From Podarcis filfolensis (taxonomy: Eukaryota), in assembly GCA_964270895.1 (NCBI GenBank), contig OZ185440.1: a stretch of 64,000 nt of DNA. One strand, given 5' to 3'. The notes beneath the pieces were generated by a model that saw only the letters and a program-made list of their open reading frames with translations, had not been told where the DNA came from and did no database searches. A program made the position numbers and the translations under genes. Below are positions 37,360 to 49,502 of this stretch, piece by piece. The stretch's first letter is position 1; each line of letters begins with the position of its first letter.

Positions 37360-40300
37360 ATGCAACCAGGCTCCGAAGCGGACTGTCGGGTTCGCTGCAC
37401 CGTAGCGATCGAGCACCTGGGTGCTGCAGCAGCCCCGAATCGTGTGCTTCTCCGCGATGCTTGGGTCACGCTGGGCCGGGACGAGTTCCAGGAGCTGGTC
37501 CTGCAAGTGGCCAGCGCCGTCGGTCCGGGGCGCCCCCAGAACTTCCCCTTGCGGCGGGGTGAAGTGCGGCTGTTCACACGCTTCGTGAAGGAGGGGAAGA
37601 GCTCGGTGCAGCTCGGTGCAAACCACAATCACGTGCAGCTGCTGCTCTCTAATTGTCCTCCGGATCGGCTGCGCCGCTTCGTCCACACGCTGCGCATCAA
37701 GCACGCAGCCGCCCAGAGGGGAACCAGGCCTGTGGCCGAGCGAACGCGGCTTCTCGCTAGCCGACCGCGGACGTTTGACACGGTGAGCCCGGTGCAGACT
37801 CGCGACTTGCAGCAGGCGAGCGCCCGGCAGGCTCTGACTGACGTGACAAGCACCCCGCGGAAAGGTCAGCCCTTACGCTGCGCGTCTCGGAAGCGGATCC
37901 GGAGTGAGTCCATCGATGGGAAACAGGTGAGTCGGCTTCTGCCGGAAAGCATGATCTAGCTGGGAGTTGGATCTGCCCATAATAAAAGGATCTCTGGCCG
38001 TCCAGGTATTGTTGGACTCCATCACCCATGGTCTGGCAGTGCTGGCTGGGACTGCTGGGAGTTGGAGTCCAAGGATACCCGGAGGTTCCCCATACTTGGC
38101 ATAAGAGTGGTGGCTAGTTTCTGAGAAACCTGCTAATCCCAGATGCTGAAGTTGTGGTTATGCAAAGTGACAGATTCATGCACTCCTTAAGTACTTCAGA
38201 AACTCACTTAGCAAGTTTCATAACTGAGGCCCCCACAGAGTGGCCCTTTCTCCAATGCATTCTGGTCTTACTGGTAGATACTTGAGCGGAACCTCCAAAG
38301 TAGTATGGGCAAGGTCAAATTATTATTTTATTTGAGTGTAGGACTTCTTTGGTCCAATTGAAATTCAAAGAACTATCCCTCTGGATAAGAGGCATTCTCC
38401 TCTCTGGCTGCTGTAATCAAGAGAGATGGGATGGAAAGCTCTCATGAGCACTTTGGATTCAGAGGAGTTTGCCTTTTGGGGAATGTATTAAGTTCTGTTA
38501 TGCAGGCAGAATGTCATAGGCTCAACCCACATAATCTCCAGATGGGGCTAAAAAACACCCCTGTCTGAAGCTGCTCCCAATCAGTGGATACAGTACTGAA
38601 CAAGATGAGCCACTGGTCTGACTCAACATAAGGCAGGTTTCTGTGCTCTTTTCAGGTGGCTGAAAAGCAGCAGGTGAAGAAGACTTGGTCCATGTGCTCC
38701 CGAGCAAAACTCTCCCAGGAACAGTCAAGGGTGTTGAATGCAGTGCTGAGTGGGAAGAATGTTTTCTTCACAGGCAATGCTGGTGAGAGAAGAGGGTCAA
38801 GGAGGGTCTATGCGTTTGCAGGTTAGAGGTTGTAGTGGCTTCATCTACTATGGTGGGAATCTTGCATTCCTTCCACTGAACAAACCTGGGATTTAAGGTA
38901 TGTAAAGTTGGCGATTCTGATGTCTCTCTTTTTTGGGGTAGTGGCATGGGGCAGGTGGAGATTTATGAGAGGCAGATACCATTGAGTTGACTTTGATTTA
39001 CAATCTAGGTGTCACTTCTAAAACTGATCGAGTTTTGCATCTGCCTCTTGCCATTTAAATGGTTCCACTTTGAAGGGAAGTATGAATGGTGCTGGAGTAA
39101 TTGTAAAACTGAAATTTAGATTGTGTGCCTCTAAATACAAGGGTTCTCTCTGTAGGTACTGGGAAATCCTACCTGCTGAAAAAGATCATGGCCTCGCTGC
39201 CTCCAAACAGCACTTACGCCACAGCCAGCACAGGGGTGGCAGCATGTCAGATTGGTGGCACTACTCTCCATTCCTTTGCAGGTAACTGGGATCCTGGGAA
39301 AGGAGGGAAGTGGAAAAGGGCCTAGTGGTGGGTTACTGCTGACATACTCTTTCCCCTCTCCTTTGATAGGTATTGGGTCAGGAAAGGCCTCCCTACATCA
39401 GTGCATTGAGCTGGCTCAGAGACCCGGAATTCGGCAGCAATGGCTGAACGCCCGCCATCTGATCATAGATGAAATCTCTATGGTGGAGGGGGATTTCTTT
39501 GATAAACTGGAGGCAGTAGCTAGGTGGGTGGAGCCTTCCTTTTTGGGGATATTGCTGCACTTGCATTAATCCTGTGTGTACATGGCTTTGGGGAGGGTAT
39601 TAATAGGGCAGAATACAAAATATTGCATAGTTGTTTTAAAGTTCTGCCTAAGCAGGCACTTGATGCAATTCTGCAGCAAACAGTCTCACACTCACAGCTT
39701 TGCCCATGTATTCTCTTCAGTCTCACATCTAGTTTTGGTTAATGCTGTGGCCAGTGCCCACCCAGAGCCTCCAGACAGCATTGCCATCTCTGTGCTTCAG
39801 TCCTGTCTGTTTCCCATGCTCCTGTCCATGCACCATAGTTCTAATATGACTCCTTAAGTATAATGTGGTCCTAGAAGGGGGGTTTGCAGCCACAGAGAGC
39901 AGCAGAACTGAATTATATTTGTAACTCTGTCTTAGCGTAAGCAGAGCATGTGTAAGTGTTGCAAGGGAAACAGGAACAGGGAATCTTCCAGATGCAATTG
40001 GATTACAATTCCCATCAGTCCCAAGCAGCATGACCAACAGCCAGGCATCATGGGAACTGCAGTAGAACAACATCTGGAGGGCCACAGGCTTCTCATCCTT
40101 GGTCTAGGGTATTGCATTTATTTTCTCTTGGACCAGAATAAAATCAGCTCCCTGAAGGTGTCTCCATTCTCTTTTGGTAGAGCGGTCAGGAAATGTGAGG
40201 ATCCATTTGGAGGAATCCAGCTCATCATATGTGGAGACTTCTTGCAGCTGCCTCCTGTCAGCAAATCCTCGGAGCAGCCCAGGTTCTGTTTCCAGGTGTG

Positions 40301-43300
40301 CTGCTGTTGCTCTTTGTCACTGCATGCTCTTGTCACAGGCCGAGTTATAGTTTGATCAAAGGGTTTCCTTCACAGGCAAAGAGCTGGTGCAAGTGTATCC
40401 ACCTGAACATGGAGCTGACAGAGGTGCGGAGGCAGACTGACAAGGACTTCATTTCTCTTCTGCATACTGTCCGCCTGGGCAGGTGAGATGCCATCTTCCC
40501 CCAGCAGAATATCTGGCTGGGGAGATTCTAATCTCTTGGGGTGGAAGTCCTATGTCTAGAGAGACATCACCAAACATTTGAATGCTGATATAGCTGCTTC
40601 TGTCAAGTTGGCTGGCCTGCTCCAATACTTCCTTTAAACCCATTGCACTGATTGAAATTTGGGTCAAGTGCTCTTTGAGGAACTATGGAGAAATGCTGGG
40701 AGACACTGGGTTTGGAGGAATGGGGAATTTAGAGGTACTGTGTTTTCTGGGGTATTCCTTCACCTGCAAGCATCCTCGCTCACATACTAGCGATGCACAG
40801 AGTTGATCTCCATGTTTTGGTGCTGGTTACGGCCTCATGTTCTCATGGAAAGTAATTTGAATGGGCACAGTAGCAAGCTTGATAGTTCTTCTTGGTCTTT
40901 GATGTTTCTCATCAGATACAAATGTCTTCTTAATTTTAATTGTCCCCATTCAGATGCACAGAGGAGGTTACCAGGCAGCTAACTCTAACAGCTACCCATC
41001 GGGTGGAGAAAGATGGAATCTTGGCTACCCGGTTGTGCACCCACAAGGATGACGTGGAGCTCACAAATGCTAGAAGGCTGGATGAGTTGCCTGGTGAGAA
41101 TGCTGCAATGACTCCAACTGTGACAAGTAGCCCTTTCCTTTTAGAGACAGACTTTCAGCTAAGAGCTGGGAACCAGCACTTGGGAACTTGCCCTGCCCCT
41201 CTTCTTTCTGAATAAAACATCATGAGACCATTATAAAATTAGCCAATACATCCCACTGACACCAACAATTAGGTTTTCCAGTCCTGATATTCTTGCCACT
41301 GCTTTTTGATAGGTGAATACAAGGACACATTTATTTATTTTATAATATTTTCTTCTGTTGCTGATATCTGCAGAAATGGGAAACATATTATGATACGTAT
41401 TGTCTGGAATTCTGGAAGTTTACAGAATTATGCTTTCAGAATAGTGTGCAGAGCCCTAATACTTGGAGCTCACAACACCTGGGGCTGTGGAAGGATGAAA
41501 CAGAGCCCCCTACATGCAGCTCAGCTATTGGGAAGAAACCCTTTCAAAACACATCAGGTAGGAGGGATGCAAGTTTTTTACATCTTGTCTTCTAGGAGAA
41601 CGAAGGTCCTTCAAGGCAGTGGATAGTGACCCTGTACTGGTGAAAACTCTTGATGCACAGTGTCCAGTAAGCAGCAACATTGAACTTAAGCAAGGTGCCC
41701 AGGTGAGCATTGCCCAAGCGAGAGACAGTTCTTTAGTAGGCAATGGAATTTTGCTTTTTTATGGGGGAAAAGGTTTTTATGTTATCTACTTCTCACACTA
41801 GCGCCACGGACCTTTCCCATGGGGTCTCACAAAAGGGGTCCCCAACCCTAGGATCCTGGAGTTCTCTTGATGCAGAATATGACAGCATAAAGTGTTACAG
41901 GCAAATGCTGGCTGGATCTTACAGGAGCAGGCAAGCAGAGTAATTGTAAAATGAATGGTTTCTATAACAAATATCTATTATATAGCTTGTCTGAGGGAGT
42001 CATGGTGCCACTTACAGGTAATTGTTGACTGTAGCTTGGAATGTCAGAGCTATAGGCTTGGATGCATCTGCAAGCTATTTATATGTTCTCAGTATTTTGC
42101 CTGCTGAGTAATTCAGTTACTCCTTGCATTCTATTAATACTGATTCTCTCTTACAAATGCGTGGCTGGCTAGCACTGATTATAGCTTCTCAGGAATTGTT
42201 ACCTGCATTGCCATGGCTAGGTTCGACAGATCATCACATGACAGAACCTAGAGTATCAGCTGAGTGAAGTGATACTCTTATGGACCCTAGTGGCTGCCAT
42301 TTGCTTTCTTTGAGCTGGTTGTGCACTGCTTTCGATAACTTTTAAACCCTAAAACTGGGAAGTCAGCCCATGCCAAATGCCACAGAGTCCTTGACTTTTA
42401 AGAGCTGCACCCAGCTGTTAAATATGGGTGGGAAATCTGTGATGCTGTTTAACTGTGATTGTATTGTAACATTAAAGTTTAACTGAGGCCAGTTACCATT
42501 TTCAACACATTATTTACTTTATTAGATGGATTACTGGTTTTTTTCTGGTCTCATATGTATGTATTTAATATTTGACTCTTCGTTTGGTTATCTACCTTGT
42601 GTGCTGCCTTTTTGAAAAGCAGGATAAAAGTGTATACAATGAATAACATCCAAACAAGTATGAGGCTTTCCCTACCCGAGGAACAGGGTGGGGACATTCT
42701 TGTTTGTTTTCAGTGGCAGTTCTTGAGACTCTACTGTTAATGCTGACTATGTACAATAAAGTCGACTGACTGGACAGGTGAAAGCTAAGATGTTTTTCTT
42801 CATTAGTAATTTTTACATTCTTTCACTAGGTGATGCTTACTAAGAATCTTGATGTGTCCCAAGGTCTTGTGAATGGGGCTCGTGGAGTTGTGATTGGATT
42901 TGAAACAGAAGGAAAAGGTTAGTTTCTGACAGATGCACTTATCACCCATGACTGGGTGTTCTTCGGACTGTGTCTGAACTCTTCTAGATTCACAATGAAA
43001 CTTTGGTAGGTGCGTCTGCACTGTGCCAGAGGTGGAGGATTTTTTGAGACATAGTTGCTGTTCTTTGCCATCCAGTTTTTTGTACATGAGCTGCTATTCT
43101 ATTGGTGTCCCATTTACAGTAACTCAAGTGGATGAGCTCTAGGCTGCCTTGCAGTATCTCCTTAAAGAGAATAGATATTTGGGAGGTTACCTGGCCCTGA
43201 CTCCTGGGCATAGGAGATCAAAGTTCTGACTTGGCTCTCTTTCTACAGGGCTACCCAAAGTGAGATTTCTGTGTGGTGTCACTAATGTTGTTGGGTTGGA

Positions 43301-44909
43301 ACGATGGGTTTTTAAGGGACCAGCAGGAATTTATCTGAGTCGCCAGCAGCTGCCGCTGAAACTTGCCTGGGCCATTTCCATCCACAAGAGCCAGGTTAGT
43401 GATACATTGTGTGATATTCTGTACAAGAACTCAAGACAGTAAAAATGGTCCATAATGGGACGTCTTTAAGGAACTTGTGTTTATCTAGGTTTATCTGTAC
43501 TAAAGCTCCCACCAAATGTTGGATGTTACCAGTTGGACCCCACATCTATGCAGAATCTGTAAGAATCTGCTTATTTGTCGTCTTTTGCCCCAATTAATTA
43601 TAAGTCAGTGGAATCTAGGCAGACCAATCCTGTACACCAATCAAACTCAAGCTGTTTTCCTTGCAACATGTGGCTGTTCTAGAAACACTGGAAAATCACA
43701 CCACCCTGCAAACAAAAATATAAAGGGTGAGGGAACTGTGGAAATGTTGTTCAGCAGTGTTAATTCTTCCTATTTGCCTGGTACCCATTTTGCGGAATCA
43801 AGCATCATACATAACATATATAGGTCCTTTACTGTACTTGGGGTGCACATACTTATCAGAATAACTAGGGAGTATCTGCTTCCTGAATTTTTCTCTTTTA
43901 CTAGGGTATGTCTCTGGACTGCGTTGAGATTTCCTTGGCTCGTGTTTTTGAATTTGGCCAGGCTTATGTAGCACTTTCTCGAGCACGTAGCCTTGCAGGT
44001 CTTCGTGTTCTGGATTTTGATCCCAAGGTAGTGAGAGCCAATCCATATGTGTTGCAGTTCTACAGGCACTTGAAGAGAGAAAAATTTCTAACCCAGGTAA
44101 AGTGATAATCTGCCACTAGGCTACCATAACCATCTGCAACGTAGATATTCTGATTTTGTGTTGTATAAACTGCAAAGGGAGGAGGGTGGGAGAAAGGAAG
44201 GGCAATATAGGAGCCTGGAACAAGGGCCACAGGTGACTAATGGCATTGTGAATTAGGGATATCTGGCCACCATTGCTCTGTAACCCTGAAATAGACACAA
44301 TGCTCTCGAGCGATTATCTGTCTGCAGCCCTAATTGCTAAATGTATCTTCCCTACATTTCCCTCTCCAAAGAAAAATATACTGTTACAAGCCCATACTTT
44401 ATTAAAGAAATAAGTAGTGGAAGGTCATAGTGAATCCTTGCCCCTTCCTTCCATATGGCAGAAGTCTCCCCCCCCCCGGGAAGCCGATCAGGCACCTGGG
44501 GAAGCACACGTGCCTTGTGCCCAGGGGCGGGGCCAGCCAAGCCAGGGCAGGACGCTCTGTGGGGCCTCTGAGGATTCTGCCTGCCTCCTCCCACTCAGCT
44601 GCCCTACAGCTGAGGGAGAGGCGGCGGGCGGACCATTTGGGGCAGTGTGGCGCCCAAGCCATTGTGTCAACTCCCAGGAGACACACGTGGCTCAGGCGCA
44701 CTGCAGGCCCCGCGGTGAGTGCCGCCCGGCATTTTGTCACCCCCCTCAGTGGCGACACCTGGGGCAGCCCACCCCAACACACCCCTTCCTCCACCCCTGG
44801 GGGAATCATACAAAGTGTGAGTTGCTGTGTATAATTTGTTGCTTTTGTTCTTTAGGCTTTGCTGCACTCCTCTATTCAAGCTAATAAAGAAAATGAAGAA
44901 GCTGCCTGA
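37360..44909 (+). CDS. PIF1: ATP-dependent 5'-3' DNA helicase PIF1; 12 coding exons, 640 aa
   Basis: Exons 37360-37926, 38656-38782, 39156-39281, 39370-39523, 40181-40295, 40376-40482, 40954-41093, 41596-41702, 42830-42917, 43249-43394, 43905-44096, 44856-44909 (1923 nt). N-terminal PINT region, Walker [43 protein letters not shown] and [10 protein letters not shown]. Confidence 0.97.
38519..38648 (+). mobile_element. SINE 3' part abutting a PIF1 splice acceptor
   Basis: Reverse-complement match to the 36149-36328 family (ggtctgactcaacataaggcag); ends 7 nt before the exon at 38656. Confidence 0.6.
44440..44798. mobile_element. GC-rich MITE-like element in the last PIF1 intron
   Basis: GC island ending gcattttgtcacccccctcagtggcgacacctggggc...cccctg, a recurrent lacertid repeat end. 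The left boundary is approximate. Confidence 0.45.
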
Positions 44910-46478
44910 ACTTGACATATTTTTATTGCTCCTTGTACTTTTATTGAATCTACACCACTAAGTGGGAAACTTCTTCCACAGAGAATCAGCTCGTGGATTT
45001 TCTGCACTGCAGCTCCTGATACTTCCAGGATCATTCTGTTTTCTAGCAGTAGAACAACATCCTGGAAACATTTTCCATAGACTATCATAGTTCAAGAGAT
45101 GAACCTAAAAGTCATTTTTTTACCAAAATTTGTTATTAGAATGGCAGTAAGATGTTCTGCTATCATACCTTCAATAAGTCTTTTAATTCAAACATCTGCA
45201 TTGACAGTATTGTACCTATGGCAAGAGTTTGACACACTGAATAATAAAGAATGCACTTTATTTTTAAAGGACATAAAAGTGAATGAAATTGCTGCTCTCA
45301 GTGCAGCACATAATGCGTGTACGACATGCCAAGAGTCTGAGTTTACAAAGATGGCACACTAGTCTTCTAGGACTTGCCTGTTACTTACATTCTCTACAGG
45401 AGGCCTCTTCAAATAAAATAAATAAAGCAAAGATGCTAAATTGTAGTAATTTGTTAAACTATATATGCATGTTGCCAATTTAGGAGCTAGGAACTCCTTC
45501 CCAAGTTAACATGGTTCAGTTAAAATTCAGATTTTGAGAAGTGCATTTAATCTATGTTTGAAGTAATAATTACTTAAGGTGCTAGTTATGTTATGTTACA
45601 AAGTATGCTTTCTTTCCCCAGTCCCACCAGTTTATGGCAAATACTGCTATGAGCTGTTATGAGTCCAAGTATATCCATACTAATATCTCCTTAATAAAAT
45701 AAGTACTAATACTACATGGAGGGTTTACATTTTGACACAGGCTGCTGTAGCATTTATGCTTCTATGCTATAACATAGTAACTTTATCTTTGCATTCTTCA
45801 GTGCCTACAACTATAACAGTTCAGTATTGTGTTAGTGGTAGATGGGGGACATTTCTTCCAAGAAGATATACTGCATCATCAAGCATTGCTTAACAGTAAC
45901 ATTCCTAAGCATGTTATAAGTTAACTTTGCCTAGTTTATTTCGGTTAAAGCCTTCATGGCTTCTATAGCTCCTCAAAACGTATTGAAGGTAACCCCTGGT
46001 GAGCACGTTATAGGTAGAAGGCAAAAGGCACTTGGCAAGTAATATGAGATTATTACAGCTTTACAACTGATATTTTTCAGGTCCATATTTTTTTTTAATG
46101 GTTATTACAAAATAATTTGACTATTCTGTGACTCAGGAATGATATCCAACATCACTTATTATACTAACCACAATGATCTGTAGACCAAGGTCAAGATTAA
46201 CACTCAAGGCCATCTCTGAGCTGCTTCACAGCAACTGGCCAAATAAGATCTAGCAGCTGTCATGGAGTAGTAAGACCAGACTTCAGTGTACATATAATAT
46301 TAATACAAAACAAGTATACTCATGAGCCAAGGTGTAAAAGAGCAGGTCAGGCTGCTTAACCCCCATGCTATGATGAGGGGGATCATGGCTAAGGAAAGCT
46401 CAGCAAGCTTGTTTAGTCTTCCCTCACATGTTATGAGAGGACATAGTTCATTACTGGGCAGCACAGAATCCAGTTCCC

Positions 46479-49061
46479 TCAGTCAAAGCTTTCTTCTTTA
46501 CGTGCAAGGATAGCTAAAGGAAACAAGAATGGATTCAAAGGGCAGACACCCAGAGTCTTCCAGTCCATGGCAGAGGCAGAAGTTGCATCATCTTTGGAAG
46601 TGGTAGGAGAACTACTACTACTCTCCTGTTGTGGTAAGCCAGTAGTAGCTGGCTGCACATGTGGAAATAGCTCCCCATTATTGTTTACAGGCTGGTTGCC
46701 CTCTTTCATTCTGCTTCTTTCACCTGTGTAGTGGGTGTTCAACTCTGTGTAACATTTGTGCATGTGACTCTTCAGCTTCTTAAAGTCCAGAAAGCCCAGC
46801 TCTTCTGGCAGTGACAGTAGCAAATCTAGGACCACAGCTGACTCTGCAGAAAGCAAGCAAAATGTATGAGGAGAGTGGCTACACTCACTTTGGCAGAAAC
46901 ATAGGTTGGATTTTTTTATTGCCTGCTCTCCAGTTACAGATTCTGAAACTTCACCCTGCCTCCAACATGTGTAACAAATGAAGTAGTAAATTTTCTCACA
47001 TTAACAGCTAAGCTATTTTAGATTTTTAAAAATTACATCTTAGAGGTTAAGGATAACTTTCTATATAAGAAGTTTTATTTTAAAACCTGGAAATCTGATG
47101 AGAACCTTTTATCTGTTTTACATTATATGACAAGTTGCTGCTTCCTCTCACCTAGGAAAACTCTCCCTGTCTCCACGCTCACGGGCCACTCATATTTTCA
47201 CTGGGGGGTGGGGAGAAACATAACAAACAATTCCCTTCTGAAATGTTTTCCTTAGTCCCCCAAATCCCACCCATCATCCACAACAGTAACCTCAAAGGTT
47301 ACCCAACTATGCCCAGCAAGGTGGTTGTTGCTTTTAGTAGCACTAAATATGTTGGAAGTTTTGGCAGAAGGAGTACAGTTTTTGGCAGGACACATAGTGT
47401 TTCCAGTCCTAGGGGATGCTCCATTTCTGGGAAGCATTTTTAAGATTTAGTGTCCAGCCCTTCAGCTGAAATAGAACTCCACAGCAGATGACAAAAATGG
47501 CACAATAAAGAAAAAGCAACAGAATAAAAAGGAAGGGATGGAATGATTGCAAATAAAACTCAATAAGGCAGCTTCCATAAGGAGAAATGTTTTTGCCTGG
47601 CACCAAGAATACAGTAGGCATGCTGTAATAGATGTTTTGGTTACCTGGAGTCATATTCCAGTGCAGAAACATTTCTTCCAGTAGCTGCCTGTTATTTAAA
47701 TTCATCTTGGTCCAACACAAACGCCGACTTACCACCTGGTGGGAGTTCAGGTGCCTTACAGCCACGTGAGATCACAGAAAGGTACTTGTAGATCTTTTCA
47801 AAGTCCACATGGAACCCACTGTTTTCTGCAGGGGCTATTTCCTCTACATCTGATGATACAGTTGGTTCATGAGATTCTTCGTTGGATTTCCTACTCTCAC
47901 TATGAAGATTTTGGGATGAACATTGAGAATTCTTTATCTCCACTGACTTTGGAGGCACGGAATGGAGCAAGGTGAGTGGCTCAGTAGATGCAATTGTCCA
48001 AACCTAATGAGTAGAGAAAAAGTCACAATCAAGTATGGACTTTGTATGCCAAGCAGTCAGGGATTCGCTAGTAAACCAAATAAATTTCCCAGCATTAAAT
48101 CTATCTGAAAAGTTATAAAAGAACCAAGAGAACCAGGACAGAGCCATGTATTTCAGAGACATTTTGTCAGATATCTTAAATTACTACACCAAGAACAATA
48201 TCTATCTTATTAAGATCATGGAAAAGGTTACCTGGGAAAAAGCAGTTGCCACAGCATCCTCAAGGGGTCCTGTCAATTTCTCAGCTAACTCTGTCCATAT
48301 CTAAAAAAAAGGAAGTGTCAGTTGTGTGACTAACCCTTAGCTTATGTTGTGCCATATCACATTACCTACACTTTTAAAACTCTCATACCTCAATAGGTGC
48401 TGGAATAGGAGCATCCTTCTGTTTACGCTGGCGATACTGATATTGTTCCTTGACTGCTTCCTTTGCCACACGCTCTTTCAGGTGCTCCACAAATGCCATG
48501 ATCTGCAAGAGCAGCACAACTTAGGGGACGTACATGGAATGTTTTGGGAAAGACAGTATCCTACTTTCTGAAGAAATAAAAACTGAGTATTTCTTCAAGG
48601 CAGAAAGTTTGCAATTACTCCCCTTTAACTAGGACTTGCCAGGATGAATGTGTAGAAGGATTAAAAAAGGAGCATAGGTCTCTCCGAATTCATCCTCCCA
48701 AGTCGTCCCTTACGATTTATTTGCCAAGGCCACATAGCTCTCGTGGCTGACCAGAGATGGGAGTCCTCGTCTCCAAACCCTGCATGCTGGCCATCAGTCC
48801 GCCAACTCGTGGGGTTGTTAGGAAGCTCACAGCCCGACCAAGTTCGAATCCTGCCCTCCACCACGTGGCCACGCCTCAACCCACCTCTTCTTCATCCCTC
48901 GAAGGCAGGTACTTCTTCAACAGCTCGGGCCGCAGCGGACCCTGGCCGTGAGCTCTCAAGGCCCGAAGGAGGCGTCGCTTTTCTGGGTCCGTCCAAGCCT
49001 GGCTCGTGGGGGCCGTCCTGTAGCGAGCTGGGGCTGAACGCTGCCTTGAAGGAGGCTTCAT
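46479..49061 (-). CDS. SNAPC2: snRNA-activating protein complex subunit 2 (SNAP45); 5 coding exons, 331 aa
   Basis: Exons 48885-49061, 48389-48502, 48232-48300, 47733-48003, 46479-46843 (996 nt). MKPPSRQRSAPARY, PAPIEIWTELAEKLTGPLE, VDFEKIYKYLS, ESAVVLDLLLSLPEEL and GVCPLNPFL match human SNAPC2 as recalled. A non-coding first exon is implied (donor after 49219, acceptor before 49065). Confidence 0.95.
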
Positions 49062-49218
49062 GGTGCTGAGAAGAGAAAACAATAAAAAGCTAAGAACCTA
49101 AGAGGAGAAAACACGCCCAGGGGTGTCAATTGCCACCCGCCCAGCACCTATTCTCTTTAGCCCCTCACCTCTAGCCACCCGTTCCTGGCTTCTAATGCGA
49201 CACAACGCTGCTCGTTAC

Positions 49219-49502
49219 CTTCCGGTAGTCCTCACCTCAAACACAACGCCGCCTAGTTCGCGAAAAACCGTTGCTTCCTGGTTGTCGCAATCGGATGACG
49301 TATAAAAACGCGCGGACGGGGGCCGCCGAGGACCAGAAACAATCAGAGGCGTAAGCAACCTTAGCCGCGTCTTCCGCTGGGACAGTGGCGGAGGTGGGTT
49401 CTAGAATGCCTCGACGTCACGAAGGAGCTCTAGGCTGCGTAGCAACCGCATGGCTCTTGCAGGGATTCCGAAGACCCCTCCGTTCTCACGGGGGGCTCTA
49501 GA
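49219..49502. promoter_or_regulatory. SNAPC2/ZPBP-like bidirectional CpG-island promoter
   Basis: CRE-like TGACGTA 49296-49302 and TGACGTCG (minus, 49412-49419); TATAAAAA 49301-49308 facing the ZPBP-like gene; RFX half-sites AGCAAC at 49354-49359 and 49441-49446. Confidence 0.7.
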
